Assembly (NCBI GenBank): GCA_043803945.1
Contig: JAZDJN010000106.1
Span: 1-32,186 of the forward strand
DNA length: 32,186 bases
Source of the DNA: a bacterium
Lineage (GTDB): Bacteria > Bacteroidota > Ignavibacteria > UBA10030
Direction: 5' to 3'
Shown piece by piece: positions 1 to 8,788 of the stretch. The notes beneath the pieces are model-generated. The model saw only the letters and a list, made by a program, of their open reading frames with translations, ran no database searches and was not told the origin of the DNA. The position numbers were made by a program, and so were the translations under genes. Every line of letters starts with the position of its first letter. The first letter of the stretch is position 1.

Positions 1-46
1 TACTCAGAAGACCATCAACATATAATTGAAGGAGTTTCTTGTCCAT
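1..46 (-). CDS. Partial IS701-like DDE transposase (first 15 codons only)
   Basis: Translated by hand: MDKKLLQLYVDGLLS, similar to the recalled IS701-family N-terminus pattern MxKxLLxLYxDYLLSS. RBS-like GAAGGA upstream. Too short for certainty. Confidence 0.5.
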   Translation of the reverse strand, partial: MDKKLLQLYVDGLLS

Positions 47-137
47 GGGCTATCCTTCGATTAATTTCACCAGTTACATAGTTTCACTCTTTGGGCTGTG
101 TTCAAATATACGATTATTTCAATTTTGCGTAACATCA
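1..137 (-). mobile_element. Left end of an IS701-like insertion sequence (terminal IR plus transposase start), running off the window
   Basis: The minus strand reads TGATGTTACGCAAAATT at 137-121, resembling IS701-family termini as I recall them. It is followed by GAAGGA-N6-ATG and a transposase-like N-terminus. The IR supplies the TGA stop of the upstream glycoside hydrolase. Confidence 0.6.
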
Positions 138-1658
138 CTTACTCACTTCCACAATAGTCCGATTTCCCTGTTCCAGGAATGCGTCAGCGAGTTTTATCCA
201 TCCCATGGTCGAAGCGTTCGATTGGTCAAGAGTAATCCTTTCACTCCCTCTTGCCGTTCTAAGAAGATAGGGTGCACGGTCTGTCATTTTCGTAAGCAAC
301 AATGGAAATTGATAGGCATAAACCTCATAGTAGGCACTCCCCGGAATCGAGAATTGGTACTGGATGCTTTGGCCAGCAACAGAATCCTCTACATAGGATA
401 CACTCCCCTCCCAGGCAGAGTTGAACGGAAGAGTTTTCCATCCCAACGTTCGTGTTGCTTTTATTTCGTCAAGTATCAATCCTTCGTTTCGCCACGATTC
501 TTTTCTATGAGGAAGTGTTGCTTTCAAGGGAAAAGCCTGATTCTTCAATGGTGAAAAATAATTCAAGTCAAAGAGATCGTTATAATACCAGATTGACACT
601 CCCTTTAATCCCGCATTTCTGGCAGTGGTAATTAATTGAACAACCTGACTTGCAGAAAATGCAGTTCCTCCTGGTTTTATTGCGACCCCGGCAAATACTT
701 TCGTCTTCGCTTCAGAAGTGAGCCCATTCAGTGCGGAAGGGATGTAGGCCGAAAGCGAACCGGGGTCGGCATACATTTGCACCTGTGCTGCATCGAGCTT
801 GCCTGCATTGAGCCATTCTTTCCAGTCCTGCAGAAACGATTGATAGGCAGGGTATGAGGAGCCCGATCCATAGTGGCTTGGCGCATTGGAAACAATAAGA
901 TACTTATTGATCGCTTTGATTGAATCATAGATTTGAGCGTGGAACGAATTCAATTTATCCGCACGCCAACGCATCCATTGCGGATCAGCAGTATTTGCCG
1001 GCGGTTCTGATCCATTATTCTCCTGTTTGTACAATGCAATACTAACTGAGTCATAGCCGCAATCCAGATTTGGATAGCGGATGCGATCCAACTCGATACC
1101 ATCAAGGTCATACTTCCCTGCCAACTCCTGATGAAGGGTGATCAAGAACATTCTTGCCGCTGGATGATTATGGCTCATCCAAAAAAAGGTGCCTTGATCG
1201 ATAGGAAATTGATCACTGCCGCTTGAAGAGCGGGCGAGCCAATCGGGGTGTTTATTGAATAGTGGGCCTTTCGGAAATCCAGGGAGAGGATATCCGGAAT
1301 ACCATCCTACAAATCCATATTCCATCCATGCTTCAAGTTCCAGTCCCCGTCGGTGCGCTTCTGTTATCGCCTCCTGGAGCAAGTCACGCTCTCCTGCAGC
1401 AGGATCCGTATAATATCCAGCCTCCTGAAAAAAGTATGTGCTCCGCCATAGAGGCCAGCCCCTGCTCCACGCATTGAAGTAGACAACATTAAAGTTATTA
1501 GCAGCCACACTGTCCATTGCCCGTGCGATTTGTTCTTTTGTCCAAAAATTGTTCCCCGATCTCGGAGTCATCCAAACACCGCGGAGTTCAACCGCCTGGG
1601 CGTTCAATTGCTCATGGAAGCAGCCAGCAAGGAGTACCATCAACACAATTCTTTTCAT
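135..1658 (-). CDS. Secreted DUF187/GHL10 (YddW/DigH-like) glycoside hydrolase with C-terminal golvesin/CBM-like beta-sandwich, 3'-truncated by an IS
   Basis: Signal peptide; ELRGVW; DLLQEAITEAHRRGLELEAWMEYG; YDLDGIELDRIRYP; QDWKEWLNAGKLD..QMY. The C-terminal YYEVYAY..TLDQS...GWIKL domain stops at VEVSK, before the usual ADAV strand. Confidence 0.8.
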   Translation of the reverse strand: MKRIVLMVLLAGCFHEQLNAQAVELRGVWMTPRSGNNFWTKEQIARAMDSVAANNFNVVYFNAWSRGWPLWRSTYFFQEAGYYTDPAAGERDLLQEAITEAHRRGLELEAWMEYGFVGWYSGYPLPGFPKGPLFNKHPDWLARSSSGSDQFPIDQGTFFWMSHNHPAARMFLITLHQELAGKYDLDGIELDRIRYPNLDCGYDSVSIALYKQENNGSEPPANTADPQWMRWRADKLNSFHAQIYDSIKAINKYLIVSNAPSHYGSGSSYPAYQSFLQDWKEWLNAGKLDAAQVQMYADPGSLSAYIPSALNGLTSEAKTKVFAGVAIKPGGTAFSASQVVQLITTARNAGLKGVSIWYYNDLFDLNYFSPLKNQAFPLKATLPHRKESWRNEGLILDEIKATRTLGWKTLPFNSAWEGSVSYVEDSVAGQSIQYQFSIPGSAYYEVYAYQFPLLLTKMTDRAPYLLRTARGSERITLDQSNASTMGWIKLADAFLEQGNRTIVEVSK

Positions 1659-1685
1659 TCGCTACGGTCCTGAGTTCTGATTATT

Positions 1686-2729
1686 TCATTGAATCCATAT
1701 TTTAGCATCTTCCCGAATGATGAGAAGTTTTGCTCGCCCATTATTCGATTTCACTTTTAGCATTGCCTGGAATCCAGTCGAGGTCTTTCGTAGAATAGGC
1801 GGGAATGCTCCATCCGAACGCATATCGAGTGCCTCAAGCGAGTCGGCGTATGACTTGTTCTTTTCGTAATAACTCTTCTGCGCGTAATAAATTTTATGGA
1901 GAATTTTTCTCTCCTCAAGATACGGATAGGGCTTAGCAACTGACTTACCGATTGGATCTGTTGAAAATTGTACAATCCCCCACTCCTCCGGACGATGCAT
2001 ATCCACAACACCCTGCGGCGACCAGACCCAGTTATCCTCGGGGGTTTTGGGAATTTTCTGATAGCTTTGGCCGATGGTCATCGTTTTCCACTCTACCCGT
2101 GAGAAGTTGACTCTCCATTGGTTTCCATGAAGCGGTGGTTGAACTGTGTGCCGCAGTTTGCTCAGCGCTTTCCATGGGATGGCAATTTCGACCGTCCATC
2201 CGCTATCCTGATCGGCAGCATTATTGAGAGTCCCGAAGATTTTCACACCTGTCTTCAAGCCATTGATATTCCATCCATCGTCAGCTTTACCGCCATCCTT
2301 ATACGGAATCGGCAGGAAGAGGTCCCAACCGGTATTGAAAGCATTCATCTCAAACTCGCCATAGTCATGCGAGTCGCCGTTTGGATCGATGAATACTTCA
2401 AAATCATTGTCATTGAAAATGACCGTATCACGTTGGGTCAGTGTTGCCCACACATTTGGCTCTTGCAGAGCAGCCCCGATGTAGAGGTAGTTCTTATCCC
2501 AGAGCATTTTCATACAGGTGAGCAATCGCGGAGGTGGTTTCCGCGATCCTTCGATATCCATAAACGGATCACTCCATGGTACTTTCTTCCACCCCGATTC
2601 ATCGAGATTCCCATCCACCATAATCGGTTTATCCGTTCGATAGCAGAGATAGGATTTATACAGAGGTTGTGCCAGTACGAGCGAGCAATGACATAGTAAG
2701 AGCAGTGGGAAGAACAATCGAATCTTCAT
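1686..2729 (-). CDS. Carbohydrate-binding family 9-like (DOMON/CBM9-like) secreted protein
   Basis: PIMVDGNLDESGWKKVPWSDPFMDIEG; KMLWDKNYLYIGA; DNDFEVFIDPNGD; WTVEIAIPW; WRVNFSRVEW; EDNWVWSPQGVVDMHRPEEWG. Start moved to MKIRLFF (2729), which begins a signal peptide. Confidence 0.8.
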   Translation of the reverse strand: MKIRLFFPLLLLCHCSLVLAQPLYKSYLCYRTDKPIMVDGNLDESGWKKVPWSDPFMDIEGSRKPPPRLLTCMKMLWDKNYLYIGAALQEPNVWATLTQRDTVIFNDNDFEVFIDPNGDSHDYGEFEMNAFNTGWDLFLPIPYKDGGKADDGWNINGLKTGVKIFGTLNNAADQDSGWTVEIAIPWKALSKLRHTVQPPLHGNQWRVNFSRVEWKTMTIGQSYQKIPKTPEDNWVWSPQGVVDMHRPEEWGIVQFSTDPIGKSVAKPYPYLEERKILHKIYYAQKSYYEKNKSYADSLEALDMRSDGAFPPILRKTSTGFQAMLKVKSNNGRAKLLIIREDAKIWIQ

Positions 2730-2811
2730 GGTGCACCGACAATACAAAATGGTAGATTATTTGTATTTACCCAGCATGTTTAAAAGTCCAATGAGTGCCT
2801 TCTGTTCTATC

Positions 2812-2969
2812 TCCCCCTTTGCCAAAAGGGGGATTGGCCCGCTCCGCCGAAGCGGGAGCGAGGCTGGAGGGGGATTTCTCGGGAATCTGCAAATAATTCT
2901 CGATCATAATTTTCTGCCTATGGACAGCGTGAAAATCAAATCCCCCGTACCCCCTTTACGAAAGGGGGA
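2812..2969. repeat. Inverted pair of REP-like palindromes (TCCCCCTTT-N3/4-AAAGGGGG...GGGGGATTT), the left copy carrying a nested hairpin
   Basis: 2812-2877 and 2938-2969 are near reverse complements once the ~30-nt segment at about 2837-2866 is removed. Confidence 0.75.
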
Positions 2970-3189
2970 ATTTACTCCGTACACGAACTACAATTCATTA
3001 ATCAAGTTCTACGGCATTCTGCTATAAATGCAACTTGCCTTGAAGCTGTGAATATCACACTGAGTAATTACGATTATTTTTTGTAATACTATTCTCTGAT
3101 CGGAAGCAGTCTACAAAGAATTACCAGAAATCGCAATGTGCTGTACTCTAAGAATTGCATCCTACAGAACATCTTTCTATCATTGGAAA

Positions 3190-3464
3190 GAAATGCAATC
3201 ATCATAGGACGAACAATGGTCATAAGATCTTTCTCTATAACAATGTCACCCGTGAAAACGATTCTTCGGAAATTGTGAATGGCGAATTTAAAATTATCCT
3301 GGCCGCAGGTCACAGATGATGAGGGTGAGAAAGGTATTGCACTGAAGGATTTCGCTGTGACCTCCATTCCGAGGACGTTTCTCATCGATCCAAAGGGCAT
3401 CATCATCGCTAAGAATCTGCGTGGAGAAGAATTATCAAAGAAATTAACTGAACTCTTTCAGTAA
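3190..3464 (+). pseudogene. Remnant of a DUF4369-TlpA/AhpC-TSA thiol-disulfide oxidoreductase with a large internal deletion
   Basis: 3279-3464 encodes a TlpA C-terminus (LSWPQVTD..FAVTSIPRTFLIDPKGIIIAKNLRGEELSKKLTELF) with no CxxC. An overlapping frame just upstream reads NNGHKIFLYNNVTRENDSSEIVNGEFKI, like a DUF4369 N-terminus. Left boundary approximate. Confidence 0.65.
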
Positions 3465-3480
3465 CCGAGGAGTAGAACTT

Positions 3481-3819
3481 ATGGCAAGCAAACCGCCAAA
3501 ACATTATCAAAAGTTCGCCGATACCTATCGGGATATCGCGAAGGCTTATGAAGAACTGGGTGCAGCGACACAAGCGGCTGGCCCACTTGATAAAAAAACC
3601 CGGGCTCTGATAAAAGTCGCAATCTCCATCGCCACCCATCAGGAAGGCGGTGCCCATTCTCATGTTCGGAAGGCAATCGATGCTGGTGCGACCAAGGAGG
3701 AATTATATCACGTTGCTCTCCTCGCAATACCAACAGTGGGATTCCCGACTGCCATGGCAGGACTGAGTTTCATCGACGATGTCCTGCAGGAGAAAACTCC
3801 AAAGCATAAGAACAAGTGA
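3481..3819 (+). CDS. Carboxymuconolactone decarboxylase / AhpD-like family protein
   Basis: GPLDKKTRALIKVAISIAT..GAHSHVRKAIDAGATKEELYHVALLAIPTVGFP; strong RBS GAGGAG upstream. Confidence 0.85.
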   Translation: MASKPPKHYQKFADTYRDIAKAYEELGAATQAAGPLDKKTRALIKVAISIATHQEGGAHSHVRKAIDAGATKEELYHVALLAIPTVGFPTAMAGLSFIDDVLQEKTPKHKNK

Positions 3820-4391
3820 TTTCTTCCGCTCAGACAACAGGCGTCATACTGGCCGGGGGAAAAAGCACCAGAATAGGAAGAGAGAAATCTCTACTCTCCC
3901 TCAAAGGGAAACCGCTGATTCAGTATGCTCTCGATGAATTGAGCCTCATATTTCAGGAATGCGTTATTATTTCGAATCAACCTGAACTCCATCAGTTCCT
4001 CAATCGACCAATGTACCAGGATCTCTATCAAGATTGCGGACCCTTAGGAGGCATGCATTCCGCCTTTGTTCATACAACATCGCCGGCTCTCTTCTTTTCA
4101 ACCTGCGATAGTCCCTTTATTACGAAGGAGCTCATAGAGCATCTCCTTCACTATCAAACCGACGCTCTAGTTCGGGTTCCCAGGACAGTTGACGGTATCC
4201 ATCCATTATTTGGCCTGTATTCCCGCTCATGTGCTGTAGTAATTGAACGCCAGCTAAAGGAACGCAATTTCAGAGTTCAGGATTTATTCAATGAAGTCTC
4301 CATTGAATATATTCCCATCGGACCTCAACTTCCTTTTTACAATCCTCAACTGTTGATGAATGTCAATCTCTTGAGTGACCTTGAATTGTAA
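3816..4391 (+). CDS. mobA: Molybdenum cofactor guanylyltransferase MobA
   Basis: GVILAGGKSTRIGREK; DLYQDCGPLGGMHSA; CDSPF; HPLFGLYS; LMNVN; GTGA overlap with the upstream gene. Confidence 0.85.
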   Translation: MISSAQTTGVILAGGKSTRIGREKSLLSLKGKPLIQYALDELSLIFQECVIISNQPELHQFLNRPMYQDLYQDCGPLGGMHSAFVHTTSPALFFSTCDSPFITKELIEHLLHYQTDALVRVPRTVDGIHPLFGLYSRSCAVVIERQLKERNFRVQDLFNEVSIEYIPIGPQLPFYNPQLLMNVNLLSDLEL

Positions 4392-4435
4392 CAGGTGAAG
4401 GAAATTATTGAATTTGAATCTGAAAGGCGCTACAA

Positions 4436-5377
4436 ATGTTTCGCATTAATAAAACAAAAATTGGATCCATCGTGGAATATCAACTCTTCAATGGAACAAC
4501 GGGTGAGTATGGATCAATCATTCCCTCCCAGGGGGCATTGGTACGCGAGCTCAGCCTTGCACATGATGGAGTTCTCCATCAGATCCTCGATGGACCACAG
4601 AGTGACACGGAAATCTTAAACAATCTCTCCTGGAAGGGAGCCAAGCTTATCCCTTATCAGGGCAGGATTCCCGGAGGGAAATATCTCTTTCATCAAACCG
4701 AATACCAACTTCAGGAAAATACTCACCCTTCATGGATCCATGGCTTTATTCATAATAAACCATTCCGTGTATTGCATCTTGCTGCCACCCAACAAAAAGC
4801 ATCGTTCATCCTGAGCTATCTTCACGCGGGCGATACACCCGGTTATCCATTCAAATTCGAAGTTCAGGTTGAATATACGCTGACTGCCAAGGAATTTCTT
4901 TGCAAGACAATCATCTCCAATAAGGATCAAATTCCACTTCCCATTGGCGACGGCTGGCATCCCTACTTTACATTTGGAGCAGGAATTGACACCCTCACAT
5001 TAGAGCTTCCCGCACATTCCCATCTGGAACTGAATGAGGAAAAGATTCCTACAGGACGCATCCTTTCGTTCCCGAAAGGGCAAGCGAAATGGCGGTTGGA
5101 AGGTAAGGATCTGGACTCAGTTATTGTGCTGCCTGTAAAGAGCGGAATCAGCAAGACAAAGCTTATGAATGAATCGAATGGTCGGAGCATAACTCTTTGG
5201 CAGGATACAGGAACAGGGAAATATAATTATGTAGCAGTCTATACTCCAAAGCATCGTCAAAGCATTGCGGTAGAACCATGGAGTTCTGCACCCAATGCGT
5301 TGAACAACGGGATGGGTTTAGTTGTATTGAAACCGGAGAGAACCTTTCACGCTCGGTACGGAGTTACTCTTGAGTGA
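4436..5377 (+). CDS. Aldose 1-epimerase (galactose mutarotase-like) family protein
   Basis: LIPYQGRIPGGKY; IHGFI; GYPFKFEVQVEYTL; GDGWHPYF; VYTP..SIAVEPWS.APNALNNG. Confidence 0.85.
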   Translation: MFRINKTKIGSIVEYQLFNGTTGEYGSIIPSQGALVRELSLAHDGVLHQILDGPQSDTEILNNLSWKGAKLIPYQGRIPGGKYLFHQTEYQLQENTHPSWIHGFIHNKPFRVLHLAATQQKASFILSYLHAGDTPGYPFKFEVQVEYTLTAKEFLCKTIISNKDQIPLPIGDGWHPYFTFGAGIDTLTLELPAHSHLELNEEKIPTGRILSFPKGQAKWRLEGKDLDSVIVLPVKSGISKTKLMNESNGRSITLWQDTGTGKYNYVAVYTPKHRQSIAVEPWSSAPNALNNGMGLVVLKPERTFHARYGVTLE

Positions 5378-5391
5378 CGAGTTGGCGGCAG

Positions 5392-6051
5392 TTATTGCCT
5401 GCCGAGTTTTTCTTTGGCTTCGAGGAAGTTTTTAACCATTCTCGATGCCCGCTCCGTCAGAACCTCATACCGTTCCTCATCGATTGCTTTCTTATCAAGC
5501 AGGTCGCTGCCAACACCAACGGCAACTGCTCCTGCAGCAATCCAATCGCCGACATTATCGATACTGACACCGCCGGTTGGCATTAACCGAAGCTCGGGAA
5601 ATGGAGCACGCACTTCACGAAAATAGCGCGGCCCCAGCACAGTCGCCGGAAAGACTTTCACAATATCCGCTCCTGCTTTCCAGGCGGTAAATATTTCTGT
5701 GGGTGAAAAACAGCCAGGCATAACAGCGATATCCCGATCATGACAATACTGAAGAACTTCAAGATTCAGGATTGGACCAACGACAAACGCCGCACCGGCA
5801 TCAATAACAGCCTTCGCAGTATCCTTGTCAACTACCGTTCCGGCACCGATGAGTACATCTGTGGAGATCGACTTTGAGATTTCCCGGATTATTTCAACTG
5901 CACCGGGCACTGTCATGGTAATCTCGATGGATTTAATCCCTCCGGCACTGACTGCCTCAATGACTTTTTTGAGTTTCTGCGCGTCTTTCATTCTGATAAC
6001 AGCAACCACGCCAGTAGACACGATGCGGGAAAGTGTTTGTTCGCGGTTCAT
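5392..6051 (-). CDS. eda: KDPG/KHG aldolase
   Basis: GVVAVIR; GGIKSIEITMTVP; IGAGTV; PGCFSPTEI; VKVFPA; LMPTGGVS. Start moved to ATG of MNREQ (6051). Confidence 0.92.
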   Translation of the reverse strand: MNREQTLSRIVSTGVVAVIRMKDAQKLKKVIEAVSAGGIKSIEITMTVPGAVEIIREISKSISTDVLIGAGTVVDKDTAKAVIDAGAAFVVGPILNLEVLQYCHDRDIAVMPGCFSPTEIFTAWKAGADIVKVFPATVLGPRYFREVRAPFPELRLMPTGGVSIDNVGDWIAAGAVAVGVGSDLLDKKAIDEERYEVLTERASRMVKNFLEAKEKLGRQ

Positions 6052-6069
6052 AGTGATAGCCACCAAACA

Positions 6070-7446
6070 TTAGGAGATGAAGAAGCGTAAGTAAGGTTCG
6101 TTAGATGCCAGGCGCTTAATTAAGAGAGCAAGTTCGCGCACATGGTAATCACCCCACATTGAAGATTCACCGCAAGGGATATTCTTCCCAGGGGGGATAT
6201 AGTCCCATCCATTCGGTCGATGATAGACTGAGTGCAATAATAATCCTTGATGATTCACATTCGTCGAGAGGTAGGGCTCCGCAAAGAGATTGGCTGCAAC
6301 TGTGAGACCCGCTTGGATAAATGTATTCCCTTTCTCGATGTTCTGCTTCTGAAGAAAATTCCCAAGACGCACTAATCCCTGAGCTGCTATGGCAGCCGCA
6401 GAACTATCGACCGGTTCGTGGGAGTTGTAGGGATCAGCTCGCCGGTCAAGATAATTTCCTAGATACTGTAATCCGGGTGCTCCCGTATCCCAATACGGGA
6501 TACCATCAACGGGAGTATTATTAAGGTAGAACTCCGCAACTGCTTCGGCGACCGCCTGAAATGCTGACAGAATCTTGTCCTTTCCGCCAAAAGGCTGCAG
6601 TTCCTCCTTGGATAATGAATACAAGAACTCCAACTGTTCGGCATAGCCACAGAGAATCCATGCATGACCTCGCGTCCAGGTAGAAAAGGGTGAGTATCCC
6701 TGCTGAGTGCTGGGACACCGATAGGAGCCATCATTCACGTTAAAGATCGCTTCATGAACTACTCTTCCTCGTACGTCATAGGAATCCCGCTTGTTGCCGT
6801 AATAGATTATGTATTGAGCTGTCGTCTCAGCGTGTTGAAGCAATCGTTGCAGTAAATTGATCTTACGATCCTTCTCTCCCATGAGCACATGGCCCAGTTG
6901 ATGGGCAAGCGCCAGTGCACGAAGCGAACGAATGGTATCGGCAAAGAGTGATTGCGGACCATTGAAAGAATAAATATAACCCTGGTCTTCACTCAATGCG
7001 GTCCACCGCGCTGCCTGGACCGCACCACTTACTTTGAGTGCGAGCTCATAGAAATTCTTTTCCCAGTCGTTCACCGGAATTTTTCCTTCTCTCATCATCC
7101 GATGGAGGTTCCCATAAGTACTTACATTATTGAAGCCATGATCATGCACACCAACATGACTGACGTGGGGAGCCATGAGGCGCAGTGTAGCAGATCTGCC
7201 GATCTCGAGAAATTGCTGATTCCCTGTCGCATCAAATTGCAGCAAGGCCGATCCAAATTGAAATCCCTGTGTCCACTCGGTCCAACCGCGGGAGGTGTAG
7301 ACACCCTTTTCGGTAAAGACAGGAGCACCTTTGCTGTTATCATACTGCTTTTCAATGAGAAGGATTTTCTCGCCCGACAATGAAAAAAGCGTATCGATTT
7401 GTTGGAGTAGATCCGTTGAATTCAGGTTTTGATTAATATTTATCAT
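6070..7446 (-). CDS. GH88/GH105-like unsaturated glucuronyl hydrolase
   Basis: WTEWTQGFQFG; HDHGFNNVSTYG; STWTRGHAWILCG; DGIPYWD; DSSAAAIAAQGL; SMWGDY. No signal peptide, so probably cytoplasmic. Confidence 0.8.
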   Translation of the reverse strand: MININQNLNSTDLLQQIDTLFSLSGEKILLIEKQYDNSKGAPVFTEKGVYTSRGWTEWTQGFQFGSALLQFDATGNQQFLEIGRSATLRLMAPHVSHVGVHDHGFNNVSTYGNLHRMMREGKIPVNDWEKNFYELALKVSGAVQAARWTALSEDQGYIYSFNGPQSLFADTIRSLRALALAHQLGHVLMGEKDRKINLLQRLLQHAETTAQYIIYYGNKRDSYDVRGRVVHEAIFNVNDGSYRCPSTQQGYSPFSTWTRGHAWILCGYAEQLEFLYSLSKEELQPFGGKDKILSAFQAVAEAVAEFYLNNTPVDGIPYWDTGAPGLQYLGNYLDRRADPYNSHEPVDSSAAAIAAQGLVRLGNFLQKQNIEKGNTFIQAGLTVAANLFAEPYLSTNVNHQGLLLHSVYHRPNGWDYIPPGKNIPCGESSMWGDYHVRELALLIKRLASNEPYLRFFIS

Positions 7447-7472
7447 AGTGTAGTAACGCTATAGTAAAAGAA

Positions 7473-7788
7473 TGCCACAGAGTCTCAGAGGTCACAGAGT
7501 ATACTTAAAGTATAAAACGTCTGATTCCATTCTTTAACAACCTGGAATTGAAGTTGATAAGAAGCCCTATTTTATAACCACCTAACTTCATATAACTGAG
7601 AATCTGGGCTTCGAAAAGAGGATCAAAACGCTCAACGCTTTTTAATTCTACAATAACCTGTTCTTCAACAAGAATATCAACTCTGAAATCTCCAATAATT
7701 ATTTCGGTGAGTGCATTCAGTTCCCTCCCATTCCTCCCTAGATCATTACATTTACTCTGTCCTTTGTGTCCTCCGTGTCTCTGTGGCA
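7473..7788. mobile_element. Inverted-repeat-bounded GxxExxY cassette inserted between the SDR and GH88 genes
   Basis: Left arm TGCCACAGAGTCTCAGAGGTCACAGAGTA (7473-7501). Right arm 7753-7788 reverse-complements to TGCCACAGAGACACGGAGGACACAAAGGACAGAGTA. Both are built of ~9-nt units. Mobility is inferred. Confidence 0.55.
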
Positions 7789-7789
7789 G
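7505..7789 (-). pseudogene. GxxExxY-family (PD-(D/E)XK-like) protein, internally deleted; absent from the ORF track
   Basis: Translated by hand: ...RELNALTEIIIG|DFRVDILVEEQVIVELKSVERFDPLFEAQILSYMKLGGYKIGLLINFNSRLLKNGIRRFIL*. The segment carrying the eponymous GxxExxY motif is missing, and there is no ATG/GTG/TTG start upstream of the conserved region. Confidence 0.85.
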
Positions 7790-7795
7790 TTTTTG

Positions 7796-8590
7796 TTACC
7801 AGATATGGAGGTGTAATCCACCATCGAGATAAATCACTTCGCCAGTGGAAAATGGAAAATGTCCGGCAAGGATTGAGCCAACAGCTGCACCGACATCCTC
7901 TGGTGTACCCCATCGCCTCATAGGCACCAGTCCTTCAGCGATAAGTTTATCGTACTTTTCTTTCACACCGCTGGTCATATCGCTTGCCATGATGCCGGGT
8001 CGCAATTCATACACCTGAATGCCATACACTGCGAGGCGTGCGGCGAAGAGTTGACTTGCCATAGCAAGACCCGCTTTTGATATACAATATTCTCCTCGAT
8101 TGACAGAAAGAGTACCAGCTGACACGGAGGAGTTGAATATCATTTTATAACCTCCTGGTAAGAGAGGCTTCATTTTATGTGAGAGCCAGTACCGGGCAAT
8201 TCGTTGAGCGAGAAAGAAGGCACCTTGCAGATTCACACTCAGCACTTCCTCGAATGATTCTTCGGTCATTTCGAGTAAATCTGCTCTGACACGCGGTGCG
8301 ATCCCTGCATTACTGACAAATGCATCGATACGACCCATTTGTTCAATTGTCATCTTAATGAGCTGATCCCTGTTTTCTTTCTGAGCAATATCAGCCTGAA
8401 TTGGAATAAATTGTTGAAATCGCGAGGCTCTATTTTCCTTGCAGAGTTTTGCAGTTTCTTCTGCAGCATCGGCATTGCCGGCATAGTTAATTACAACTGA
8501 AAATCCCTGCTCTGCTGCTTTTAGGGCAATTCCACGGCCAAGCCCGCGGCTCGCACCGGTGATCAGAATAACGGGAGTATCTTTCGACAT
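7796..8590 (-). CDS. Short-chain dehydrogenase/reductase (FabG-like, probably acting on a sugar acid)
   Basis: TGASRGLGRGIA; SNAGI; YCISK (YxxxK); RPGIMASDMT; IYLDGG. Start chosen at MSKDTP (8590); the ORF extends to 8617. Confidence 0.85.
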   Translation of the reverse strand: MSKDTPVILITGASRGLGRGIALKAAEQGFSVVINYAGNADAAEETAKLCKENRASRFQQFIPIQADIAQKENRDQLIKMTIEQMGRIDAFVSNAGIAPRVRADLLEMTEESFEEVLSVNLQGAFFLAQRIARYWLSHKMKPLLPGGYKMIFNSSVSAGTLSVNRGEYCISKAGLAMASQLFAARLAVYGIQVYELRPGIMASDMTSGVKEKYDKLIAEGLVPMRRWGTPEDVGAAVGSILAGHFPFSTGEVIYLDGGLHLHIW

Positions 8591-8726
8591 ATCAGAGATC
8601 CGATTGAGTGTGCTCAATGTACATTGTGAGTAGAAAATAGGGGTAAAGTTGGTGAAGTGAAAGGAGTTTTTTTATGAAAGACGAGGGAAAAGGGAGATGG
8701 TAGATGGAAATCAAGAATAGATCGGC

Positions 8727-8772
8727 GGCCCGGCACCTCATCATAGATCCATCAGTGTGCAGGTGACGGTCA
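8727..8772. repeat. Degenerate hairpin repeat related to unit D of the 20.5-kb array
   Basis: GGCCCGGCACCT-N22-AGGTGACGGTCA; the right arm matches AGATGACGGTCA (20737-20748) at 11/12. It lies just downstream of the S37 peptidase stop. Confidence 0.55.
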
Positions 8773-8788
8773 GCTTTGCATGAAGTGG

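Noticed and set aside
39-554. 171-aa plus-strand ORF
   Set aside because: Antisense to the GHL10 gene and the IS end; no family features.
2728-3027. 99-aa plus-strand ORF
   Set aside because: Runs through the REP-like palindromes; the translation (SPFAKRG, PPLRKGE) is typical of read-through of repeats.
3279-3464. Intact small protein
   Set aside because: It is only the C-terminal part of a thioredoxin fold without CxxC; treated as a pseudogene.
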